Source: an uncultured Muribaculaceae bacterium (GTDB lineage: Bacteria > Bacteroidota > Bacteroidia > Bacteroidales > UBA932). Taken from it: DNA of 50,420 nt. Of this stretch, positions 9,096-16,254 are shown piece after piece. The position numbers were made by a program, and so were the translations under genes. The stretch lies in the NCBI GenBank assembly GCA_964432305.1, contig CAYSND010000001.1, forward strand, positions 1 to 50,420, written 5' to 3'. Under the pieces are notes generated by a model, which was not told where the DNA came from, made no database searches, and saw only the letters and a list, made by a program, of their open reading frames with translations. Within the stretch, counting starts at the first letter, position 1, and each line of letters begins with the position of its first letter.

Positions 9096-10235
9096 CTATG
9101 ATTTTTTACTAAAACCAGCGAAAGAAATTAATACTATTGCTAATATCGCTCCCATCAGTATGTAGGGATGGGTTTTAATCCCCAAGGCGCCCAAAAGAAA
9201 ATTAAGAGAGGTATTCCCTAACAAGGCAATAACTAGTGCAAAACTAAAGGCAGTTCCTGACATCTCTTTATATTTTTCTCCAACTTTTCCGAGTATGACC
9301 GGGAAAGTGGAGGCAAGTCCCATTCCGAGGAGTGTCGCGCCTAAGAGGGCAATAGATGTGTTATGTGAGACAATAATGGTAACTACCCCCATGAAAGAGA
9401 TTAACATTGAAAGAGCCAAAATGTTTTTAGTCGGAAATTTTTTAAGGAGATAGATTAGAAGTAGTCTGCTTATCCCCATCCCCACTACTATAAAACTGAG
9501 TGCATATTGAGCCTGATCAAGGGACATTCCCCTTAATTGCGTCAGATATGTAGGAGTCCAACTTTGAGCAACTCCTTCAAGTCCACTCTGGAAGAAGAGA
9601 ACGAAACTCATAATCAGCAGCAATGGCTCTTTAGCCATTGAGGCTATTTTTTTAAGGGGTACTCCTTGTTTGTGTTTGGCTTCAGGGAATTTTATTATTA
9701 AGAAGAAAATAGCTGCAATTAACATTATTGCTCCTGTACCTGAGACTATAGGGGTGTACCCCATTGATTTGGAGAGGGAGGCGAGAAGAAAAGGGATAGT
9801 AAAAGCCCCCAAGCAGTAAAAGAAGCCGAGGAGAGAGAGGTTAGCTGATCTTGAGTGGTCTGATGAAATATCTGAAACAAGCGCGTTAGTAGCACCATTT
9901 AACATTCCTCCGCTGGTTCCAAGTATGAAAATAGAGACTCTTATCATACTCACATCGCTGGTAAATGCTAAAATCTCGAGTCCGATAAGCCCTAAGAGAG
10001 TGGCTGTGACCATCAATGATTTATATCCGTATCTATCTATTATTATTCCGAATACCAGCGAGCCTAATAGAATACCTAATGGAAGGAGTCCTACAAGTGT
10101 AGATGACTGAGCTGTATTTAGGTTAAGAGATTCAGAAAGAGAGGGGAGGATAGCCCCCATTACGGTAAAAGCCACTCCAAAAAAGAGCATCCCGATGAAT
10201 CCTGCAATCAGGACTAGTGTCTTATTTTCTTTCAT
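9096..10235 (-). CDS. MFS transporter (substrate unknown; sugar or niacin-type candidates)
   Basis: 379 aa, about 12 hydrophobic helices, with an MFS loop 2-3-like motif GIIIDRYGYKS. The start overlaps the ROK stop by 4 nt. Confidence 0.8.
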   Translation of the reverse strand: MKENKTLVLIAGFIGMLFFGVAFTVMGAILPSLSESLNLNTAQSSTLVGLLPLGILLGSLVFGIIIDRYGYKSLMVTATLLGLIGLEILAFTSDVSMIRVSIFILGTSGGMLNGATNALVSDISSDHSRSANLSLLGFFYCLGAFTIPFLLASLSKSMGYTPIVSGTGAIMLIAAIFFLIIKFPEAKHKQGVPLKKIASMAKEPLLLIMSFVLFFQSGLEGVAQSWTPTYLTQLRGMSLDQAQYALSFIVVGMGISRLLLIYLLKKFPTKNILALSMLISFMGVVTIIVSHNTSIALLGATLLGMGLASTFPVILGKVGEKYKEMSGTAFSFALVIALLGNTSLNFLLGALGIKTHPYILMGAILAIVLISFAGFSKKS

Positions 10236-11185
10236 TTTTCTGTGGCTTTAATTGCAACAGCTGCTGCTCCATATAACCCTGCCATCTTGGGGAGCTGGGT
10301 TGCAATGAAATTAACTTTTTTAATGGATATAGGCTGTGCCCATTTAGATGCCTCTTCATAAATTCTCCCTATTAGTGGAACAGCCGGACCGAAGAGACCA
10401 CCACCAAAAATAACTAGTTCGGGGTTAAAAATGCTTACCAAATTAGCTGCTGCCATTCCCCATAGTTCGATAGCCTGATTAATAACTTTTATGGCAATAG
10501 GGTCATTAACAAGATAGGCTGCAAATACTTCATAGGAGGTGATTTTTTCTCTTTGGTACTGCTTTAACACCCCTTTGTAACTCTTTTCTGACCCGAGTAA
10601 CTTTCTTACTTGCTTTGCAAGTCCCTCCCCTGAAGCATAAGTTTCAAAACAGCCACATTGGTCATATACCTTATTATATGGAGGTTTCAGAGCCATCCAG
10701 CCGACAGCACCGATAATATCGTCTGCTCCATGCAGTATTACTCCATCCACAACTATTCCTGCCCCTATTCCTGTCCCCACTGATAGAAAAATAGCATTAT
10801 TACACCCCTTGGCTGCTCCCATTCTCTGTTCACCGAGAATATAACAAGTCCTATCACTTTCAATAGAGATGGTAGCAGATGGGAAGCTACTTCTCATCTC
10901 CTCCAATAGAGGATAGTTGTTCCAATTTGGAATATTGGGAGCCCAAACAGACCCTGTTTTTGAATATGAAATACCGGGGACGCAAACCCCGATACTTACC
11001 GGGTGGTTGGGGAGAATCCCCCCTCTCTTCATTATTCTCTCACACAGCGTCGTAACAAGTTCGCCAACCTCTTTTCCTTCCCTTCCTTCAAGCAGAAGGC
11101 TGTCTTGTAATAGGAGATTACCGGATTTATCAAAAATTCCTGCTGATATTTTAGTACCGCCAATGTCAATACTAATGTAATTCAT
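10232..11185 (-). CDS. ROK-family sugar kinase (no HTH domain)
   Basis: 317 aa. Has the N-terminal ATP-binding motif ISIDIGGTKISAG and the ROK signature LSVGTGIGAGIVVDGVILHG. The zinc motif is non-canonical (QCGCFETYASGEG). Confidence 0.8.
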   Translation of the reverse strand: MNYISIDIGGTKISAGIFDKSGNLLLQDSLLLEGREGKEVGELVTTLCERIMKRGGILPNHPVSIGVCVPGISYSKTGSVWAPNIPNWNNYPLLEEMRSSFPSATISIESDRTCYILGEQRMGAAKGCNNAIFLSVGTGIGAGIVVDGVILHGADDIIGAVGWMALKPPYNKVYDQCGCFETYASGEGLAKQVRKLLGSEKSYKGVLKQYQREKITSYEVFAAYLVNDPIAIKVINQAIELWGMAAANLVSIFNPELVIFGGGLFGPAVPLIGRIYEEASKWAQPISIKKVNFIATQLPKMAGLYGAAAVAIKATEK

Positions 11186-11197
11186 GGAAATTTGGTG

Positions 11198-11773
11198 TTA
11201 ATTATCAATTATTAATACCCCTTTGGATTTCAGGTCTTCAATATTTTTAAGGTGCTCCTCATAGTCTATATAAGCGATTGCATTTTTAAGAATAGAGACT
11301 TGAACTCCAATTTTAAGAAAGTCGAGAGAGGTCTCTCTTATGCAAAACTCAGAGGCTATTCCACTTATTATAATCTCTTTGCCTGAAAATGAGGCTAAGG
11401 TTTTTCCATCATTGTTTCGAGCTACGAACCCTGAATACTCCTCTCTACTCTGAACTCTCCCTTTGTAAAATATGTTTGTGTTTGGGTCAGGACGATTATC
11501 TTTATTCTTAACATTATGGTAAAAATCAATATGAATAGCTCCACCGTAGCTCCCTTCAATACAATGCGTGGGCCAAATCCCCCCATTCTCTTTAAAAGAA
11601 CAGTGCTCTTTTGGGTGGGCATCACAGACATAGAGGACTTTCTGTTCCGGGTGTGCATTTATAAATTCAACACAATTTTTAATGCTCTCTTCAGCCCCTT
11701 TACAAGCCAGTGAGCCATCTATAAAGTCGTATATCATATCGACTACTATATGAGTTTTTTCTGACATATTCAT
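11198..11773 (-). CDS. pncA: Nicotinamidase / isochorismatase-family cysteine hydrolase
   Basis: 191 aa. Contains VVDMIYDF, the metal site CDAHPKEH, IWPTHCIEGSYGGAI and the catalytic Cys context ASEFCIRET. Overlaps the pncB stop by 4 nt. Confidence 0.75.
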   Translation of the reverse strand: MNMSEKTHIVVDMIYDFIDGSLACKGAEESIKNCVEFINAHPEQKVLYVCDAHPKEHCSFKENGGIWPTHCIEGSYGGAIHIDFYHNVKNKDNRPDPNTNIFYKGRVQSREEYSGFVARNNDGKTLASFSGKEIIISGIASEFCIRETSLDFLKIGVQVSILKNAIAYIDYEEHLKNIEDLKSKGVLIIDN

Positions 11774-13239
11774 TTAAAATGTTTTATCTCTTCGATAAGA
11801 GAATTAATAAGTTTCATCTTTAAGTCGTATAAAGAATCCGAAATATCCACTTTATAATAGTGGGGGTTTATGAGTCTCTTCTCAGTAAGGTTGAGGTGAT
11901 TAAGATTCTTATTATAATACTCCTTCCTCTCATTTATATGGGGCTCTTTCACAATAAGTTGACCCTCTTTTAATACTTGTCTCTGTAGCACCTTGAAATC
12001 GTAACTCCCTTTTTCAAAATAGGTAATTTTTGTCTCATCATATTCATCTCTAATAGAAAAATTTTCTCCACTTTCAATAGCCTTAGTTAGGGTGTCCCCT
12101 CTAAGACAGGTTACATCTCCTTTGAAATAACCATCCCTAATGATCCTGTAGGTAATCTGGAAGCCGGGATTTATAAGTTTGCTTTTATCTTCTGAGCGTT
12201 TAAGAACCGGTTTATCATCTATTTGAACCAATTTATAGACATTCCCGAAGCAGGGGTTATGTTTACTTGTGGCTATAGCATCTCCGACTCCATAAACATC
12301 AATAGCTGCTTTCTGTCTTTCAAGTTCAGCTATAAGATATTCGTCTAAGGCATTGGTGGCGAATATTTTACACTTTGTGAGTCCTGCTTTATCAAGTTCG
12401 GCTCTGCACTGTCCTGAGAGGTATGCAAGGTCACCACTATCAAGACGGATACTGTAACCTGGAGCATAGTCATCACCTATGCCGTTGTTTATAAATGCTT
12501 TAATGGCATTTTTTAATCCGCATTTAAGGGTGTCGTAAGTATCGATAAGGAGGGTTATAGGCTCATTTTTATGTGTCTTTATATAGACTTCAAAGGCTTC
12601 ATATTCACCGGCTATCGTACAGCCAAAAGAGGTAACGAAACTATGTGCCATAGTACCGCTTGCCTGGAAGCCGAATTTCGTGCTTGCAAGAATATTTGAA
12701 CTATTATAACACCCTGCTATATAAGCTGCTTTTGCCCCATAAGTGGCTGCCCATGGACCATGTGCCCTTCGTGAGCCAAATTCGCTAACAGGCTTCGGGG
12801 TACTGCGACTTACTCGTGAAGCTTTAGTGGCAATGGCCATCTGATGATTCATAATACAGAGGAGCGGGGTCTCTAAAACCTGTGCCTCAATTATGGGGGC
12901 TTCTATTGTTAAAATAGGTTCTGCAGGGAAGGCTATTTCTCCCTCTCGCATAGCATAAACGTTTCCGGTAAAGTGCATTTGGGAAAGGTATTTACGATAC
13001 TCATCATACTCTTCACCAGGGAGAAATTGTTCAAAGAACTCTTCCCCCTTGGAGCCAAGTCCGGAGATCATTTCGAGTGCCTCCTCAATGCCGGAAACTA
13101 CTGCCCAGTTATTATTATCCGGGGCTCTCCTAAAGAAAAGATTGAAAATTCCCCTCTGCTCCTTCATCCCATTGTCATAGAATGATTTCCCCATGGTATA
13201 TTGATATTTGTCGGAGCAATAAGAAATATTAAGATTCAT
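11770..13239 (-). CDS. pncB: Nicotinate phosphoribosyltransferase
   Basis: 489 aa, typical length and motifs of group-II NAPRTase (SEFGSRRAHG, GTMAHSF, IRLDSGDL, GVGD). Confidence 0.9.
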   Translation of the reverse strand: MNLNISYCSDKYQYTMGKSFYDNGMKEQRGIFNLFFRRAPDNNNWAVVSGIEEALEMISGLGSKGEEFFEQFLPGEEYDEYRKYLSQMHFTGNVYAMREGEIAFPAEPILTIEAPIIEAQVLETPLLCIMNHQMAIATKASRVSRSTPKPVSEFGSRRAHGPWAATYGAKAAYIAGCYNSSNILASTKFGFQASGTMAHSFVTSFGCTIAGEYEAFEVYIKTHKNEPITLLIDTYDTLKCGLKNAIKAFINNGIGDDYAPGYSIRLDSGDLAYLSGQCRAELDKAGLTKCKIFATNALDEYLIAELERQKAAIDVYGVGDAIATSKHNPCFGNVYKLVQIDDKPVLKRSEDKSKLINPGFQITYRIIRDGYFKGDVTCLRGDTLTKAIESGENFSIRDEYDETKITYFEKGSYDFKVLQRQVLKEGQLIVKEPHINERKEYYNKNLNHLNLTEKRLINPHYYKVDISDSLYDLKMKLINSLIEEIKHFK

Positions 13240-13260
13240 TATAAATTATTTAAGGTTAAA

Positions 13261-13268
13261 CAAAGATA
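13261..13268 (-). promoter_or_regulatory. Candidate -7 box (TATCTTTG) for the pncB-led operon
   Basis: The minus-strand TATCTTTG lies 21 nt upstream of the pncB ATG. Confidence 0.45.
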
Positions 13269-13282
13269 TGGCTTTTATTTAT

Positions 13283-13290
13283 TATTTTTG
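13283..13290 (+). promoter_or_regulatory. Candidate -7 box (TATTTTTG) for the amgK-like operon
   Basis: TATTTTTG has 20 nt between its end and the ATG at 13311. It stands back-to-back with the pncB box in a 71-bp divergent intergenic region. Confidence 0.45.
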
Positions 13291-13310
13291 CAAAGAATAA
13301 AGTTATATTT

Positions 13311-14726
13311 ATGAAAGAAGTCGCATCTCTATTTGAACAATTTACGGGTGAAAAAGCCCTATCAGTCACAGAATTACCCTCTTCAGGGAGCAATCGCCGC
13401 TATTTTAGGATAGTAGGGACAACTCAAACACTTATCGGGGCTAAAGGGACCTCTATCGAGGAAAATAAGGCTTTTTGGTCTATTGCAGAGCACTTCTGCA
13501 CGAGAGGTCTTCCTGTTCCAAAAGTATTAGCTCATGATAAGACATTTAGTTGTTATCTCCAGCAAGATTTAGGGGATGATGTTCTCTATAAGGTTATATC
13601 AAATGGGCGCGAAAAGGGGAGATATGACGAAAATGAGAAGGCTCTCCTTAAAAAGTCTATTTCCCTCCTCCCTGCTATTCAGTTTGAGGGGGCAGAGGGG
13701 TTTGATTTCTCAGTCTGCTATCCCCAGCCGGAGTTCGATGAGAGGATGATCGCTTTCGACCAAAACTATTTTAAGTACTGTTTTCTCAAAGCCACCGGTC
13801 TTGAATTTAGTGAGATAAGGCTTGATGAAGATTTTAAAAGGATGTGCGATGTCTTGATGAGAAACTCCTCATCTACATTTTTATATAGGGACTTCCAGGC
13901 GAGGAATGTAATGATAGTGGATGGGAATCCATATTTTATTGATTTTCAAGGGGGGAGGAAGGGACCTATCTATTATGATGTTGCCTCTTTTGTCTGGCAG
14001 GCAAAAGCTAATTACTCTGAGGAGTTAAAACAGGAGTTAATAGAGACCTATATAGCTGCTCTTCAGAGGTATATCCCTGTAGATGAGAAATATTTTCATA
14101 ATCAGCTCAGGCATTTTGTACTTTTCAGAACCCTGCAAGTGCTCGGAGCTTATGGTTTTAGAGGTTATTTTGAGAAAAAACCACATTTTCTCCAGAGCGT
14201 CCCTTATGCAATGGATAATATAAGGGGACTTCTTAAAACCCCTTTTAAAGAGTACCCTTATCTCTCGGAAATCTTACTCGAGTTAACTAAGATGAAGCAG
14301 TTTACCGATGTGGGATTGAATAATAAACTTGAGGTTAGGATTTATAGTTTTGCTTATAAGAAAGGGATTCCAAATGATATTTCAGGTAATGGTGGTGGAT
14401 ATGTTTTTGACTGTAGGGGGATTAACAACCCGGGAAAATTTGAACATTTTTCCCATTTTACCGGCAGAGATAAAGAGGTGATAGACTTTTTAGAGGAGGA
14501 TGGAGGGGTTAGTAAGTTTCTTAACAATGCTTATGAACTAGCCGATGCTCATGTTCAGAGATATATTGAGAGAAAATTCACCTCATTGATGTTCTCATTT
14601 GGGTGTACGGGGGGACAGCACCGTTCTGTCTATTGTGCCGAGCATCTTGCAGAGCATATCGCCAAGAAATATGATGTAAGGGTCTTTTTGTTCCATAGAG
14701 AATTAGAAATAGAGAGGGAGTTATAA
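13311..14726 (+). CDS. Fusion protein: AmgK-like anomeric amino-sugar kinase (APH fold) + RapZ C-terminal-like domain
   Basis: 471 aa. The N-terminal ~330 aa carry the APH/AmgK catalytic loop LYRDFQARNVMI and the IDFQGG..GPIYYDVASF motif. The C-terminal ~130 aa (VRIYSFAYKKGIP...YVFDCRGINNPG...FTGRDKEVIDFL...SFGCTGGQHRSVYCAEHLAEHI) match the RapZ/YhbJ C-terminal domain motif by motif. Confidence 0.75.
   Translation: MKEVASLFEQFTGEKALSVTELPSSGSNRRYFRIVGTTQTLIGAKGTSIEENKAFWSIAEHFCTRGLPVPKVLAHDKTFSCYLQQDLGDDVLYKVISNGREKGRYDENEKALLKKSISLLPAIQFEGAEGFDFSVCYPQPEFDERMIAFDQNYFKYCFLKATGLEFSEIRLDEDFKRMCDVLMRNSSSTFLYRDFQARNVMIVDGNPYFIDFQGGRKGPIYYDVASFVWQAKANYSEELKQELIETYIAALQRYIPVDEKYFHNQLRHFVLFRTLQVLGAYGFRGYFEKKPHFLQSVPYAMDNIRGLLKTPFKEYPYLSEILLELTKMKQFTDVGLNNKLEVRIYSFAYKKGIPNDISGNGGGYVFDCRGINNPGKFEHFSHFTGRDKEVIDFLEEDGGVSKFLNNAYELADAHVQRYIERKFTSLMFSFGCTGGQHRSVYCAEHLAEHIAKKYDVRVFLFHRELEIEREL
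14325..14708 (+). other. RapZ C-terminal-like domain within the AmgK-like CDS
   Basis: Covers aa ~339-466. GCTGGQHRS is encoded at 14601-14627. Confidence 0.7.
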
Positions 14727-14728
14727 TT

Positions 14729-15484
14729 ATGGTGGAATCTCCAAAGGTAGCAATGGTTTTTGCGGCGGGGCTTGGTACCCGTCTAAAACCTTTGACAGAT
14801 ACCATTCCTAAGGCTCTTGTCTCTTACGAAGGGAGACCGTTGCTCGAGAGGGTACTCACAAAACTAAAGGTAAGCGGTTTTACCAAAGTTATCATAAATA
14901 TTCATCATTTCCCTGAGCAAATAATAGAGTTTATCCACTCAAATAATAATTTTGGGATGGATATCCTTTTCTCTGACGAAAAGGGGCTCCTTAGGGAGAC
15001 AGGAGGGGGGATAAAATATGCTGAAGGGGCTATTTTATCGCAGATAGGGGGATCGGAGCAGGACTCTTTTTTGGTGCACAATGTTGATATTGTCTCCGAT
15101 ATTGATCTAAATTGGTTTTATGCACAGCATAACTCTTTTAACGGTGAGGAGCGACCTATTGCTACCCTTTTAGTAAGTGAAAGGGAGACTGCAAGGTATT
15201 TCCTTTTCGATTCAGAAATGAGGCTTGTGGGGTGGACTAATGTAATAACTGGGGAGGTGCGTTCCCCTTATGGAGAGATTGATCCAAGTAAATATAGAAA
15301 ATTAGCTTTCAGCGGGATGCATGTTCTCTCTACTGCCGTATTCCCATTAATGAGCGGTTTCCCGGAAAAATTTTCGATAGTAGATTTTTATCTCTCAATG
15401 GCTGATAAACAGATTATAAGGGGGGTAAGTCAGCCAAAGGGGGTCTCGATAGTGGATGTTGGAAAATTAAATCAAATCAAATAG
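14729..15484 (+). CDS. Sugar-1-phosphate nucleotidyltransferase, MurU-like (MurNAc-1-P uridylyltransferase candidate)
   Basis: 251 aa. Has the NTP_transferase N-terminal motif AMVFAAGLGTRLKPLT. It starts 2 nt after the AmgK-like gene, which is the amgK-murU arrangement known from the peptidoglycan recycling bypass. Confidence 0.7.
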   Translation: MVESPKVAMVFAAGLGTRLKPLTDTIPKALVSYEGRPLLERVLTKLKVSGFTKVIINIHHFPEQIIEFIHSNNNFGMDILFSDEKGLLRETGGGIKYAEGAILSQIGGSEQDSFLVHNVDIVSDIDLNWFYAQHNSFNGEERPIATLLVSERETARYFLFDSEMRLVGWTNVITGEVRSPYGEIDPSKYRKLAFSGMHVLSTAVFPLMSGFPEKFSIVDFYLSMADKQIIRGVSQPKGVSIVDVGKLNQIK

Positions 15485-15485
15485 T

Positions 15486-16214
15486 ATGAAACGAATAATA
15501 ATTATAGGAGCGACATCGGGACTTGGGTATAAGGTAGCTGAATTATACCTCGAAAAAGGGTGGGTGGTCGGTGTAGCCGGACGTAGAGAAGAGTTGTTAA
15601 ACAAGTTTAAAGAGAGGGCACCGGAGAGGGTTTTTACCAAGAAGATAGATGTTACCTCTGATGATGCCCCTAAGGATTTACGTGAGTTTATTTCTGAGCT
15701 CGGAGGGATGGATCTCTTTTTAAATTGCTCAGGAATGGGGAGAAAAAATCCCTCTGTGGAGCGTGGTATAGAGGTAGAGACTGTGGCAACCAACGTTAAA
15801 GGGTTTACTGCGGTTTTGCTTGAGGCATTTGATTTCTTTAAGGAGCAGGGGTATGGGCATCTGGCTGTTATCTCATCTATCTCCGGTACAAGAGGATTAG
15901 GAGTAGCTCCTTCTTACTCTGCCACTAAGGCTTTCCAGCAGTTCTATATGCAGGCTTTAACTCAGAATGTTCGCATAAATGGGATGGAGAATATAAAATT
16001 CACCGATATACGCCCCGGTTTTGTAGCAACAGATTTTATACAAGAGACAAATTACCCCTTAGTTCTTTCAGCGGATAAGGTGGCACGAACAATAGTGAAA
16101 GCCCTTGATAAAAAGAGGAGAGTGGTAACTATTGATTGGAAATTCTCAATCATTGTATTTGTATGGAGACTCCTCCCAAGGGCTCTATGGGAAAAATTGA
16201 AGATTACGAATTAA
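15486..16214 (+). CDS. SDR-family oxidoreductase
   Basis: 242 aa. Rossmann motif IIGATSGLG and the catalytic YSATK. Confidence 0.8.
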   Translation: MKRIIIIGATSGLGYKVAELYLEKGWVVGVAGRREELLNKFKERAPERVFTKKIDVTSDDAPKDLREFISELGGMDLFLNCSGMGRKNPSVERGIEVETVATNVKGFTAVLLEAFDFFKEQGYGHLAVISSISGTRGLGVAPSYSATKAFQQFYMQALTQNVRINGMENIKFTDIRPGFVATDFIQETNYPLVLSADKVARTIVKALDKKRRVVTIDWKFSIIVFVWRLLPRALWEKLKITN

Positions 16215-16219
16215 ATTAG

Positions 16220-16227
16220 TACTTTTG
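16220..16227 (+). promoter_or_regulatory. Candidate -7 box (TACTTTTG) for the 19-kb glycosidase operon
   Basis: TACTTTTG has 27 nt between its end and the ATG at 16255. Confidence 0.45.
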
Positions 16228-16254
16228 TAACTCTTACCGATAATTGCATCTAAT

